A stretch of DNA of 64,000 nucleotides from a virus. Below the pieces are notes generated by a model. The model had not been told where the DNA came from and made no database searches. It saw nothing but the letters and a program-made list of their open reading frames with translations. Within the stretch, counting starts at the first letter, position 1. Each line of letters opens with the position of its first letter. This document shows, piece by piece, positions 28,230 through 38,508 of this stretch. Where the stretch lies: positions 57,090-121,089 of IMG/VR virus record IMGVR_UViG_3300024999_000048. One strand, given 5' to 3'. The position numbers and the translations under genes were made by a program.

Positions 28230-28718
28230 ATGAGCAACAACAAACAAGAAATTTCTATTGATCGCGTAAAACAAATCACCCAAGAGGAATTACAAAGATA
28301 TGTAAAAGGAAATTTCTCAGAAGAAAGTTTAAGAGCGACCATCCAAAGTCAATTAGAAAATTCTGGGACAGAAATAGTTTTCAAACATTTAGGTCTGAGA
28401 AAAGATTCATGGAGTAGTAAATGGGAATTAAATGGTGGATACGGAGGTCTTAATCAAATAGTAAAAAATCAAGAACTTCTTATTAATGAAATTGGATCAA
28501 AAGTAATCCAAGAAATTGTTAAAGATGTTACACCAGAAGACGTTCTATCTTCTTTAACCAAGCAAAATATACAATCACTAAAAAAGATTTACAGAGAAAC
28601 ATTATTTGATTATTTTAAAGATGAAGTTAGAAATCTTGCAATTGAAAATGGGAAAGAACAGGCTCAAACACTGTTTAAAAAGTATTTATACGAAGAAGAT
28701 AATTCCGAGGAAATTTAA
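28230..28718 (+). CDS. Hypothetical protein
   Basis: AGGAGGA RBS. Confidence 0.65.
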   Translation: MSNNKQEISIDRVKQITQEELQRYVKGNFSEESLRATIQSQLENSGTEIVFKHLGLRKDSWSSKWELNGGYGGLNQIVKNQELLINEIGSKVIQEIVKDVTPEDVLSSLTKQNIQSLKKIYRETLFDYFKDEVRNLAIENGKEQAQTLFKKYLYEEDNSEEI

Positions 28719-28756
28719 CTTTTAATTGAATAGATATAAATAAGGAGAGATAATAT

Positions 28757-29140
28757 ATGATATTTTTTACATATGATGAGGATAATTATGATAGTGAAGA
28801 GGTTAGAGAATCGGTAAAATACGAGGAATTAAGAAAAGTCAAAGGAATATGGATTGATAGGAGATATGCTTCTTCACCAGAAGACATACCTTATTATAAA
28901 GGAAATAAAGAATGGGCAGACAAAGAGTGGTATGGAGAAGGAAAAAATCATAGGGTTACTGATGGTATGATTGAAAGAGATTTTGAGGAAGAATTTTCAA
29001 TCATTGAACTAAATTCTTTAGATGATTTATTGGAATTTCAGAGAAAATATGATACTAACGCAAGTATTAGTATTGGAAGTCATTATTTTTACAATGGTGA
29101 ATTATTAAATACATTTAATTATGACTATCATGTGGAATAA
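28757..29140 (+). CDS. Hypothetical protein
   Basis: AAGGAG RBS. Confidence 0.6.
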   Translation: MIFFTYDEDNYDSEEVRESVKYEELRKVKGIWIDRRYASSPEDIPYYKGNKEWADKEWYGEGKNHRVTDGMIERDFEEEFSIIELNSLDDLLEFQRKYDTNASISIGSHYFYNGELLNTFNYDYHVE

Positions 29141-29577
29141 TATTTTAAATTTATGGTTTCGTTCTAGAAAGGAGATTTATAACATTGATCATTTATCCAG
29201 ATAGAGACTACTCACACATCTTATTATCTCAAGGAAGACAATGTGGAAAAACTAATATACATCTTGCTATTTTAGAAGCAGTTATGGAAAGTAAATTAAC
29301 TAATAAACCTGTAAAAATAAGTTTTGGTATGAAGTTAATGAGAATAGAAGATTTATAGGAGAAATACAAATGAATTTAGAAGAAAAGATTAGTGAATTAA
29401 GAATGGCACTAGAATGTCTAAAAGACGAATATATTCAATATGTTGATAATGCCTGTCATTGTGATGAATATGATGATAATGAAGAATGTCCATATTGCTA
29501 TGCTAAAAGAGTATTAAGGGAAACTAAGTAAAAAAAAGAATAATTTAACCAAATAAAAGAAAGGAAGTATTAAAATT

Positions 29578-29961
29578 ATGAGTGTAGATTATTATTCATG
29601 TGATTATTGTGGAGAAAGTGCCTATGAAGAATTTGTAAAAAGTTGTGAAAAATGTGGTCACAGTATTTGTACAGAATGTGTAGTAAATGATGATATAAAT
29701 TCTGAATATGCAAGTAGATATCGTGTTAAATATGATGGTTCTGAAGAACAAAAAGAGAAATATGGAATTACTGAAGAAGATATAGAAAAAGGATGGATTG
29801 AAATAGGTAAACCTATTCAGGATACAGGTGTTGATCCAAAGTATTGTCCTTTTTGTAATGGGAAAATGATTCATAATAATGATTTATTAGACTATTTATT
29901 GAACAAATATAATCTAACTAAAGATGAAGTTAAAAAAGAATATTTAGGAAGGAAGTTGTAA
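29578..29961 (+). CDS. Zn-finger hypothetical protein
   Basis: Four CxxC motifs. Confidence 0.65.
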   Translation: MSVDYYSCDYCGESAYEEFVKSCEKCGHSICTECVVNDDINSEYASRYRVKYDGSEEQKEKYGITEEDIEKGWIEIGKPIQDTGVDPKYCPFCNGKMIHNNDLLDYLLNKYNLTKDEVKKEYLGRKL

Positions 29962-29962
29962 A

Positions 29963-30325
29963 ATGAAAATTGTAAAAAATATTATACATAATAGAGAACC
30001 AATTTATATTGTAAAAATGTCTGGAGATTATAATGATGGAGATTATTCGTATTCCGAAGAAGAATTTGTTGAGTCAGCATTTAATGAAATTGCAGAATGT
30101 TTATTAGAAATTGATAAATTGGTTGGAAGGGATTATGTGAATGGGGATTATGGATATGAATATGTAGAACGACATATTAGAAAGTTACAAAAACAATATA
30201 AAATGTATTTTGATTATCCTTTAGGAGATACTGCTTCTGATGCACCGATTCATAGCTTAGATAGTTTGGATATTCAATTTATTGATATCGATGGTCGAAT
30301 ATATGATGTTAGTTTAGAGGATTAA
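29963..30325 (+). CDS. Hypothetical protein
   Basis: ORF track. Confidence 0.6.
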   Translation: MKIVKNIIHNREPIYIVKMSGDYNDGDYSYSEEEFVESAFNEIAECLLEIDKLVGRDYVNGDYGYEYVERHIRKLQKQYKMYFDYPLGDTASDAPIHSLDSLDIQFIDIDGRIYDVSLED

Positions 30326-30339
30326 AGGAGAAGAAAAGG

Positions 30340-30555
30340 ATGTTTAAAATGAATAAAGATTATTTAATAATTATTGGTGCATTGGCAAAATTAATTGGAG
30401 AAGCTGGATTAGCAGAAAAAGTAAATTTATTAATATCAGAAGAGAATGCTAATAAATATTTAGACCAACTTGATGAATATGGTAACAATACAACTAAGGA
30501 AGAAAGGGAATCTCATTTAATGGATTTATTCTTGAGTAATTTTTCAAAACTATAG
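30340..30555 (+). CDS. Hypothetical protein
   Basis: AAAGGAG RBS. Confidence 0.55.
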   Translation: MFKMNKDYLIIIGALAKLIGEAGLAEKVNLLISEENANKYLDQLDEYGNNTTKEERESHLMDLFLSNFSKL

Positions 30556-30583
30556 AATTGCATATTTAATTGAATGAAGGGAG

Positions 30584-30778
30584 GTGATATATTTAATGGA
30601 TGCATTTAAATTTGTCAATATTACTAGAAAATATAAGAAATGTCCAAACTGTGGAAGTAGTTGGAAAGATACAAAATTACAAGTAAGTGTAAAAGATGAA
30701 ATTGTAACAATCAGTTGTGAATGTGGTTTCTTAAAATTGGTTGATGAAAATAATAAAGAAATTAAAGGAGGAGAATAA
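30584..30778 (+). CDS. Small Zn-ribbon protein
   Basis: KKCPNCG...ISCECGF. Confidence 0.6.
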   Translation: MIYLMDAFKFVNITRKYKKCPNCGSSWKDTKLQVSVKDEIVTISCECGFLKLVDENNKEIKGGE

Positions 30779-30779
30779 A

Positions 30780-31826
30780 ATTAATAGTACAATATTTTTA
30801 CCTAAAACCATTAAAGTAGGTTATCAAAATCGTTCTGATACATACACAGGCCAATTAGCATATGTTATTTATTATGACCAAAAGAATGTTCTTAGAAAAA
30901 GTAAATCATGGGAATCATGGCGTGACAAAAAGATTGAACCACAAGAATTTGAAAATGTCCCTACAAGTGGATTTGTACTTAATAAGAAAGTAGGAGACTA
31001 CAATTCGGGATGGGATCATCGAAAATCATATTGTAGAGTATTTGACCCTCGTAACTTTGAGATTGAAGTGTCTATTGAAAACCTTCTCTACATTCTTGAA
31101 AATGCTAGTTCTATCAAAGGTAAAGGATTAGAAGGAGAATTCGTTTACGGTTGGAATAATAAAGATATCATTTTAATTCCTGTTGATTCTCCTGATTATA
31201 AAGAGTTATCAGAATTAAACAACCTAAGACACGAGAAGAAGAAATTTGATGGTAAGGATTTAATATTAGGTGCAACATATAAATCCAATTCTAATAATGA
31301 ATTAATTTATTTGGGTAGATTTTATGAGAATAATGATGATAAAAAGGAAACTAAAACTTATTTTTTCTATGATAGAAACGCCAATTATAGAAAAATTGAT
31401 TCAATAAAATCTTTAACGGGAAATATAATTGATATCATAGATGAAAATTGTGTAGAAGATTATTCTAATTTGATAGATGAATTATTAAAGAGCAGTAGTT
31501 ATTCTGCTAGAGAGCCTAAGTATGATACTTATTTAGATTACACATTGGCAGAATTTAAAGAATCATTAAATAAAAATAATTATTGGCATACTAAATGCTA
31601 TGTTCAAATTAATAATAAATATACCAAATATTATATAGAAAGGTATAGATCATATTCTTATTATAGTAATAGAGACAATGGTTATAATGTTTACACTACA
31701 GACAGAGGACATAAAGATGAAACATTAATAAGAGAAGCGTCTCCTGAAAGAATATTTAATGAAATAAACCCTAAATATTTAGTAACATACAATTCAAATA
31801 AAGAATTAATAAAGGAGTGGAAATAA
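30780..31826 (+). CDS. Conserved phage protein, probable ATT start
   Basis: AAAGGAGGAG RBS precedes ATT at 30780; KVGYQNRSDTYTGQLAYVIYYD...DPRNFEIEVSIENL. Confidence 0.65.
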   Translation: MNSTIFLPKTIKVGYQNRSDTYTGQLAYVIYYDQKNVLRKSKSWESWRDKKIEPQEFENVPTSGFVLNKKVGDYNSGWDHRKSYCRVFDPRNFEIEVSIENLLYILENASSIKGKGLEGEFVYGWNNKDIILIPVDSPDYKELSELNNLRHEKKKFDGKDLILGATYKSNSNNELIYLGRFYENNDDKKETKTYFFYDRNANYRKIDSIKSLTGNIIDIIDENCVEDYSNLIDELLKSSSYSAREPKYDTYLDYTLAEFKESLNKNNYWHTKCYVQINNKYTKYYIERYRSYSYYSNRDNGYNVYTTDRGHKDETLIREASPERIFNEINPKYLVTYNSNKELIKEWK

Positions 31827-32233
31827 AAATGGCAAATAAAACTAACGATCAAAAGATTATGGAATTAAAAAAGCAAATCGAGGAAAAGAAAATTAAGTTA
31901 GGAAAGTCTCAAAAGTTCACACCAATTACTAATTGTTCAATTGAACTAGACGGTGTAAGAGTTAATATTCAAGTTCTTAATAAAGAGCAATTAACTTATC
32001 TATTAGTTAAACTTAATTCATATGCGAAGTCTGCAAAAGAATTGGAAATTGATTTTGTTATATCTGGATATCATGTTGTGGATTGGATTACTGATATTAA
32101 ATCTAAATTAGATTTTGTAAGTCGCAAAGAAGAAGAGAATAAACTAAAAGTGATGGAATCTAAATTGCATCAATTGCTTTCTAATGAGAAGAAAGTTGAA
32201 CTTGAGATTGATGAGATTATGAAGAGTTTGTAG
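31817..32233 (+). CDS. Coiled-coil phage protein
   Basis: ITNCSIELDG; adjacent to the previous gene. Confidence 0.65.
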   Translation: MEIKMANKTNDQKIMELKKQIEEKKIKLGKSQKFTPITNCSIELDGVRVNIQVLNKEQLTYLLVKLNSYAKSAKELEIDFVISGYHVVDWITDIKSKLDFVSRKEEENKLKVMESKLHQLLSNEKKVELEIDEIMKSL

Positions 32234-32328
32234 TAAGTCGAGAAGTGAAAGTGCCTTGTAGCAATGGTTACAAGGCATGACATTTCCCTTAAAGTGAATA
32301 TTTGCACGGATTAGAGAGGAGATAAATT

Positions 32329-32637
32329 ATGAAAATTGGAGATAAGGTAGAAATAATTAATATTGAAGGTATGTGGGATAAAGAAATATATTATCATGGT
32401 TGGGGATTGACGGATAAAGAAACTCTAAAAGATTATAATGTTGAAGTGCCTGAATTTAATAATATTGAATATTTTGAAAATGGAGACATCGCTATAATTA
32501 TTCCTTCTGGTTCAGAGATTATTGAAGATAGTTATATGTTAGAGATTGAATTGACAGATAATAATGGAAATGATTTTAAATGCCATTCTCAAACTTATTC
32601 TTTAGATGAATTAAAGTCTTTTTGTGAGATCAATTAA
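32329..32637 (+). CDS. Hypothetical protein (KOW/SH3-like start)
   Basis: MKIGDKVEI. Confidence 0.55.
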   Translation: MKIGDKVEIINIEGMWDKEIYYHGWGLTDKETLKDYNVEVPEFNNIEYFENGDIAIIIPSGSEIIEDSYMLEIELTDNNGNDFKCHSQTYSLDELKSFCEIN

Positions 32638-32680
32638 AAAATCTGTTTTAATGGAGAAATAAAAGAAAGAGGTATTAAAT

Positions 32681-33011
32681 ATGATTCATAAAATTGGTGA
32701 AGAAATTCGTGTTGTTAGAGATTATGAAATTGAAACAATTTTAAGTGAAAATAAATTACAAGTTAAAGAAGGCGACAAAGGTTTTATAGATAGTAGTGGT
32801 AGCATTCACTATACTTCTAGTCAAGCGAGAGGTAAAATTCATTGTTTAAACGAACCTTGAGGTTGAAGGATATGACTATGAAAATATTGCTAAAATGTTG
32901 TGGAATAGGTTGAAAATACAGTTTGAAATTGAAGAGTTTCTTGGAGATTATGATGTTAGTGAAAAAGATGTTCTTGAAGAACTAGAAGAAGTTTTAAGTG
33001 ATATTTTGTAA
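32681..33011 (+). pseudogene. Frameshifted hypothetical gene
   Basis: MIHKIGEEIRV... stops at TGA near 32858; the shifted frame continues LEVEGYDYENIAK...SDIL*. Confidence 0.5.
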
Positions 33012-33031
33012 GAAAGAGGGATGAATTAACA

Positions 33032-33364
33032 ATGAAAAGATTTAAAACAAAAGTAACCAGAATCGATGAATACATAATTGAGATTGATGAGAATGTAATT
33101 GACGAACAATGGATGGATGATTTTAGACATGTATTTTTCTCACTTTATGATCATTATGAACATGCCGAACATCTTGCACAAATTAGAGCTAGACTTGGAG
33201 AAGGTTTTATCGAAGGTTATGGCAATGTAAAAATTAATGGCAAAGTGCCTTGGTATGTTACTAAAACAGAAATAGAAAAGCGTTTGCCATGTGAGGATGC
33301 TTTTAATATTATTATCAAAAGTGAAGATCAAGATTGTGAAGTTGAAGTGGAGGAGATTAAATAA
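33032..33364 (+). CDS. Hypothetical protein
   Basis: FIEGYG motif, RBS. Confidence 0.6.
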   Translation: MKRFKTKVTRIDEYIIEIDENVIDEQWMDDFRHVFFSLYDHYEHAEHLAQIRARLGEGFIEGYGNVKINGKVPWYVTKTEIEKRLPCEDAFNIIIKSEDQDCEVEVEEIK

Positions 33365-33873
33365 TGGAAAATTATTATGAAGTAACTAAACAATCACCAT
33401 TACATAAAGAATATATGGATTATATAGTAAGTGATAAAATAATGAGGGAAATTTCCCATGAGTTTTTATCTAACAATAATATTAACACAAAAGAATATGC
33501 TTCAACTAAAGATACTTTTTATATTATTCCAAATGAAAAAGATATTGAGGACTTTGGTAAACTGCTTAATAAAGAATTAGAAAATGGTTTAAGAGCATTT
33601 AAAGCAAAATCTAAAATAGGTAAAGCATGGAAAGATACTCTTAAAGAGAAAGGAGTACAACCATTACATAAACCAATGTTAATGCTATATTTTAATGTTT
33701 ATGGTGAAACACAAAGTAGGTTATTTGCCATTGAAGATAAGATATATTGTTCTTTTAAGAGTGAGCATAATTTTGAAAATCCTGAAGGATTTATTGAATT
33801 AAAAGCAAGTGAATTTTATAAAATCGTAGAAGATGAAAATGAAAGAAGGAAAACAAAGCATGAAAATAACTAA
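33364..33873 (+). CDS. Hypothetical protein
   Basis: Coupled ORF; ELKASEFYK C-terminus. Confidence 0.6.
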   Translation: MENYYEVTKQSPLHKEYMDYIVSDKIMREISHEFLSNNNINTKEYASTKDTFYIIPNEKDIEDFGKLLNKELENGLRAFKAKSKIGKAWKDTLKEKGVQPLHKPMLMLYFNVYGETQSRLFAIEDKIYCSFKSEHNFENPEGFIELKASEFYKIVEDENERRKTKHENN

Positions 33874-34312
33874 ATATAATACTAAAGGTGCTGTATGGTA
33901 TAAACATAAAGAGTTAGATAAAGAAGGCAAAATGATTTCTATATCTAACACAGGAAGAAAAGAACCTGATTATTTTAAAACAATCAGAAGAGAATTTAGT
34001 GATTTAGATCCATATAGGAGTGAACCAGAAGAAGTTGAAGATTTCATTTATTATCTCAATAAAGAAGTAGATTTAGAGGAAAATGCTTATGATTTTGATA
34101 TGCCATTACCTGACAGTACAAAAGAATATTTTTTAATCTTTAATGATAAGATTTGGCTTTACATAGTTATATCTGATGAATATACGGGAAGTGGAGAATC
34201 TTCAACTTATGCTCATATTAATAGTATTTTAGTTCCAGAAGGTACAGACATTGAAAAGGTCAGAGAAATTAAGGATTGGTTAATTAAGGGTGGATTTAAG
34301 TTATTGGAGTAG
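33833..34312 (+). CDS. Hypothetical protein
   Basis: ORF track. Confidence 0.55.
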   Translation: MKMKEGKQSMKITKYNTKGAVWYKHKELDKEGKMISISNTGRKEPDYFKTIRREFSDLDPYRSEPEEVEDFIYYLNKEVDLEENAYDFDMPLPDSTKEYFLIFNDKIWLYIVISDEYTGSGESSTYAHINSILVPEGTDIEKVREIKDWLIKGGFKLLE

Positions 34313-34343
34313 GAATTTCTTGAAAAATACAAAGTAAAATATA

Positions 34344-34396
34344 ATATTGTGTTTTCTGAAAGTGTTGCTACAGTAGGCTTTTAGAAAACACAATAT
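34344..34396. repeat. 14-bp perfect inverted repeat enclosing copy 2 of the 23-bp element
   Basis: ATATTGTGTTTTCT [GAAAGTGTTGCTACAGTAGGCTT] TT AGAAAACACAATAT. Confidence 0.65.
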
Positions 34397-34441
34397 GGCA
34401 TAAGACTAATCATTTAAAGGATAAAGAAAGGTGATGTAGAT

Positions 34442-34684
34442 ATGACTTTAGAAGATGCTATTATTCATGCAGAGGAAACAGCTAAAGAAAACCTTTGTAA
34501 TGCATGTGGAGATAATCATAGGCAATTAGCTGAGTGGTTAAAGGAATTAAAAGAATACAAATTTCATTTTGGAAACGACATGGCGAAAAAGAAATTAACA
34601 AATTGCGGTTATTGGGATGGATTAAAATCAAGAAAAGATCATAATGCATCTATAAATATTATGGACGATATGATAAAAGAATAG
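34442..34684 (+). CDS. Hypothetical phage protein
   Basis: MTLEDAIIHAEE...HRQLAEWLKELK. Confidence 0.65.
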   Translation: MTLEDAIIHAEETAKENLCNACGDNHRQLAEWLKELKEYKFHFGNDMAKKKLTNCGYWDGLKSRKDHNASINIMDDMIKE

Positions 34685-34731
34685 GGTGTTAAAATTAACC
34701 TTTCATTCGGTTAGAGAAAGGAGTTAAGAAA

Positions 34732-34932
34732 ATGATTTGTAAATCATGCAGCGGTAAATCTGTAGCAAGAGGAATAAAATTTATTAATTGTTTTAGATGT
34801 GGTAAAAAGAAAGTAGTTAATTGTCTTTATCAAAATTACTGCGAAGACTGTTCAAACGAATTACAAAAATGCCAACGCTGCGGTGAAAAGATAATCGCAG
34901 AAACATCAAAGGAGGAATTAAAGGATTGTTAG
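34732..34932 (+). CDS. Zn-finger protein
   Basis: Four CxxC motifs. Confidence 0.6.
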   Translation: MICKSCSGKSVARGIKFINCFRCGKKKVVNCLYQNYCEDCSNELQKCQRCGEKIIAETSKEELKDC

Positions 34933-35456
34933 ATATAGCTAATAAATATGAAGAAAAACTACAATTACTATTTGCTAATATTACATTTGATGATAAATAC
35001 AAATTCTTATCTGGCTCATCTTACCGAGATAAATATAAAACAACTGATAGTACATGGTCAAAGCATGAATTTGTAAGTATACATAAGGAAGAGATTATTG
35101 GGTATTTAAGTTATGCAATTGACAGAGATTCTAATACTGCATGGGGAATGCAAATAGTCAACTTCAAAAAACCAAATATAATATTTGCAAAAGATTTAAA
35201 GCAATTCTTAACAGATATTTTTGAGAAGTTTAAATTTAGAAAATTAAAATTTGCTGTATATGTGGGTAATCCAATTGAGAAGTCCTATGATAAAATGTGT
35301 AAAAAATATGGTGGGAGGATTGTAGGGACTTATATAGAAAACGATAAATTAATAGATGGCAATTATTATGATTGTAAAATGTATGAGATTATGAGGACTA
35401 GTTATCTAAGTGTTAAAAACAATGACGAAGAGGATTCATGGGATAATATCTTTTAA
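34926..35456 (+). CDS. GNAT (RimJ/RimL-like) acetyltransferase-like protein
   Basis: IIGYL, FEKFKFRKL, GNP, YGGRIVG, DGNYYD. Confidence 0.6.
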   Translation: MLDIANKYEEKLQLLFANITFDDKYKFLSGSSYRDKYKTTDSTWSKHEFVSIHKEEIIGYLSYAIDRDSNTAWGMQIVNFKKPNIIFAKDLKQFLTDIFEKFKFRKLKFAVYVGNPIEKSYDKMCKKYGGRIVGTYIENDKLIDGNYYDCKMYEIMRTSYLSVKNNDEEDSWDNIF

Positions 35457-35506
35457 AATACAAAGGAAATCAAAAACTGATTTGCTAGGAAAGAAGTGAT
35501 AAAATA

Positions 35507-35722
35507 ATGCCATATGATTGTTCAATTACAAAAAGAAAAGGTTGTAATTATTGTATAAGAGGTAAGGAATTATCAGAAAATAATAACTTATCTTTTTGGA
35601 TTAATGATAATGATTGTAAAGGAAATGCAAGAATTAAAATCAGAACTGTAGCAGGAGTGAATTCTATGAATGAGCATATCAATATTAATTATTGCCCTAT
35701 TTGTGGTAAAGAATTAACTTAA
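35507..35722 (+). CDS. Zn-ribbon protein
   Basis: CNYC...INYCPICG. Confidence 0.6.
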   Translation: MPYDCSITKRKGCNYCIRGKELSENNNLSFWINDNDCKGNARIKIRTVAGVNSMNEHININYCPICGKELT

Positions 35723-35739
35723 AAGAGGAGTTTGATTCT

Positions 35740-35940
35740 ATGTTTAAAATAATATGTAGTACATGTAGAAATGAAGTAAATCTAATTAGGCCAAAAGATA
35801 AAGAAGAGCATTCATATAATGAAAGTGAAGGTTGGTATGTCACAGAAGATAACTTATGAAGTTTTGATATTCTTGGCGAACATGATCAAATTTGGATAAC
35901 TTGTAATGGTTGTGATGCAAAGGTTTGGATGTTTACATAA
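35740..35940 (+). pseudogene. Zn-ribbon gene with in-frame TGA
   Basis: MFKIICSTC... TGA at 35857, frame continues to ITCNGC...TAA. Confidence 0.5.
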
Positions 35941-35989
35941 TCAGCTCAAAACTCATGATTGATGTTATTAAAGAAAGGAATGATGTACA

Positions 35990-36745
35990 ATTTTAAAATT
36001 TAACGAAATACATAATCAGGATTGTATTAATTATATGAAATCATTACCAAATGATTGTGTTAATTTAATAATAGCAGATCCTCCCTATTTTGAAGTTGTA
36101 AAACAGAAGTGGGATAATCAATGGAAAACTGAACAGGATTATCTTGATTGGACATATAATTATCTTAAAGAATGCAATCGTATTTTAAAATCTAATGGCA
36201 GTATATATATTTGGGGATTATTTCCTACCTTTCATTCAGTGGTTCATTTAGCAAAAACATTATTTACACCATTACAAGAAAACATATGGTATAAACCAAA
36301 TGGCAACCCGATAGGAGGTAAGAATAAATTTAGACAACTTTATGAAAATTGTGCCTCTTTTGTGAAAGATAAAAAGAATTATACGTTTAATTCTGATGAT
36401 GTTCGTGAACCGTATGTAGATAGTTATGAAAAAGTATTGAAGAAAAGAAACAAAAAGGATATAGAAAGAGGTTATACTCCTGATCCAAGAGGTAAACTAA
36501 GAAGCAATGTATGGATTTATGGCAATCAAAATAAACAAGGTCATTTTACTCCAAAACATTCTGATGTTTGTGATAATATTATTAAAGTTGCAAGTAATGA
36601 AAAGGATTTAGTTTATATACCATTTGCAGGCAGTGGTTCAGAAATTTTATCATGCATAAATAATAATAGGGATTATATAGCGACTGAAATAGATAAATCA
36701 TACATAAATGACATTATATTACCAAGAATAAATAATTTTGTATAA
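35990..36745 (+). CDS. N4-C/N6-A DNA methyltransferase (beta class), probable ATT start
   Basis: IHNQDCINYM N-terminus, IIADPPY, HFTPK, PFAGSGS; ATT at 35990 follows AAAGGA with an in-frame stop just upstream. Confidence 0.85.
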   Translation: MLKFNEIHNQDCINYMKSLPNDCVNLIIADPPYFEVVKQKWDNQWKTEQDYLDWTYNYLKECNRILKSNGSIYIWGLFPTFHSVVHLAKTLFTPLQENIWYKPNGNPIGGKNKFRQLYENCASFVKDKKNYTFNSDDVREPYVDSYEKVLKKRNKKDIERGYTPDPRGKLRSNVWIYGNQNKQGHFTPKHSDVCDNIIKVASNEKDLVYIPFAGSGSEILSCINNNRDYIATEIDKSYINDIILPRINNFV

Positions 36746-36972
36746 CACATAAAAATACCGATTCTAGTTAATTTGAAAGGAGTAGATTAATAATGATTAG
36801 AAAGACTCCGTATTATTGCGAAATATGCAAGAAGCATTTTGATAAACCAAACATTGTTAAAGAAAATCATTGTGAATATAACGTATGCCCTCACTGTAAC
36901 AGTAAATGGATTTCACGACCATGTTTTATTAATTCTCGATAACTCACTGTTTCTTAGAAAAGGATGTGATTA

Positions 36973-37182
36973 ATTATAATAAGAGGTAAAAGAAGATTAA
37001 TAAATTGTTATGAAGATTCATGTCGCGAAGACATAATATCAAGTATTAAAGCATCTATGTCATTTGAAGGTTTAGAACCTAGTGATTATGCTGTTAGTTT
37101 AATTGACCAATATGCAGATGGTAAAATTACAGTGGAAGAATTTATAAGTAAGATAAAAGAAAAACATAATATTGGCAATTAA
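36973..37182 (+). CDS. VbhA-family antitoxin-like protein, ATT start (not in ORF track)
   Basis: REDIISSIKASMSFEGLEPSDYAVSLIDQYADGKITVEEFISKI with the SxxxEG motif; AAAAGGATGTG RBS. Confidence 0.7.
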   Translation: MIIRGKRRLINCYEDSCREDIISSIKASMSFEGLEPSDYAVSLIDQYADGKITVEEFISKIKEKHNIGN

Positions 37183-37184
37183 AA

Positions 37185-37544
37185 ATGCTAGTTTATAGGA
37201 GGATTTATATGGATTGGAGAGGCAGAAAATATTATGTCGCCAATTTTTCACCGGAATCTTATGACATGAGGATTAAAATACTTAAAAATATTAATGAAAT
37301 TAAGTTGTACAATCCAACAAAATATGATTTTAATATAAAACTTCCAGACGAGAAAGAACCAAGAGGGTATTATCATGTTCTAATTGGATGTAGAATTAAT
37401 AAAAAAGATATAGTGGAGTTTGAACTAAGGAAAGCCGAGAGAAGAGATGAAAATTCAAATTGGAAAGAGATTCAGAGAGATGTTAGTAAAAAATATTTTG
37501 ATATATATATGGTCAAGAAATGCCATATAGAAAATGTGACTTAA
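37185..37544 (+). CDS. Hypothetical protein
   Basis: Likely start at MDWRG after AGGAGG. Confidence 0.55.
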   Translation: MLVYRRIYMDWRGRKYYVANFSPESYDMRIKILKNINEIKLYNPTKYDFNIKLPDEKEPRGYYHVLIGCRINKKDIVEFELRKAERRDENSNWKEIQRDVSKKYFDIYMVKKCHIENVT

Positions 37545-37628
37545 ACCCAAGCAAAAGATGCAATCATTGTATGGGTTGTTAATATCCGTTAAATCACAAA
37601 TTTTAAAGTAAAACATTAGGAGGTCAAT

Positions 37629-38075
37629 ATGAATAAATTTAAAAAGTGGTTACAAATAAAACTAAAAGATTTTCTAGATATAGGAAATATAGAATCAAAT
37701 TTTAAAGACCATGAGACATTTAATAGCATCAGATTTTCAGATATTGAAAGCGATATACATGATAAAACTTCATATCTAAGAAACCTTATAAATAATAATG
37801 TAAATGATATCTCACATTGCCAAGAATCAGTAAATATATTACATAATACAATTGAGAATATAGTGCATATTGGAACCGATGTATATAAATCAAATCAAGG
37901 TCATAGTTGGGCTATTGTATGTGTAGAAGGTAAGATGAATTTAGTTAAGTTTGTTGATTTAAACAGACAGGACGGTAGAGAAGTATTAGACTTTTTGAAG
38001 AGATATGAAGCAGGAAGACACTGTATAGACACTCCATATAAAGAAATGTTTTATGACGGGTTATTTAAATTCTAG
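37629..38075 (+). CDS. Hypothetical protein
   Basis: AGGAGGT RBS. Confidence 0.6.
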   Translation: MNKFKKWLQIKLKDFLDIGNIESNFKDHETFNSIRFSDIESDIHDKTSYLRNLINNNVNDISHCQESVNILHNTIENIVHIGTDVYKSNQGHSWAIVCVEGKMNLVKFVDLNRQDGREVLDFLKRYEAGRHCIDTPYKEMFYDGLFKF

Positions 38076-38101
38076 TATTCGTTCTTAAATTAATAAATAA
38101 A

Positions 38102-38150
38102 TACTTGACTTAATAGCACAAAATATTATATACTGTTATTAAGTCAAGTA
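38102..38150 (+). promoter_or_regulatory. Promoter embedded in a 17-bp inverted repeat
   Basis: TACTTGACTTAATAGCA...TGTTATTAAGTCAAGTA; TTGACT (38105), 18 nt, TATACT (38129). Confidence 0.65.
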
Positions 38151-38196
38151 ATAAAACACACAAATAAATAAATAAAAAAGGAGATGTTTAAAAATA

Positions 38197-38499
38197 ATGA
38201 AAAAGTTAATTTCTATATTACTTTTATCAACTCTTGTATTGTCCGGTTGCGGAGCCAAATCTAATAAAATTCAACAACCTCAACAGCAAGTTCAAACCGA
38301 TGATGAAGAAGAAATGTCTTGGTTTGAAGATGAAGTTTTGGATATGGACGACTGGGGAGAAACAAAACATAAGAAAAAAGTTGTGCCTAAAACTGGCGTA
38401 ATTGCTCCTAGTGTAACAAAACCATCTACTAATGTTAAACCTTCTACTCCTTCCAAATTAAATACAAATACTAAATCTAGCATAACCAAAAAGAAATGA
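38197..38499 (+). CDS. Lipoprotein with acidic then Lys/Thr/Pro-rich segments
   Basis: Lipobox LSGC. Confidence 0.65.
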   Translation: MKKLISILLLSTLVLSGCGAKSNKIQQPQQQVQTDDEEEMSWFEDEVLDMDDWGETKHKKKVVPKTGVIAPSVTKPSTNVKPSTPSKLNTNTKSSITKKK

Positions 38500-38508
38500 G
38501 TTGATTAA

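Noticed and set aside
35857-35859. Selenocysteine or genome-wide TGA recoding
   Set aside because: It is a single case not at a Cys-motif position, and TGA is a normal stop in other genes such as 38197-38499 and 59724-60314.
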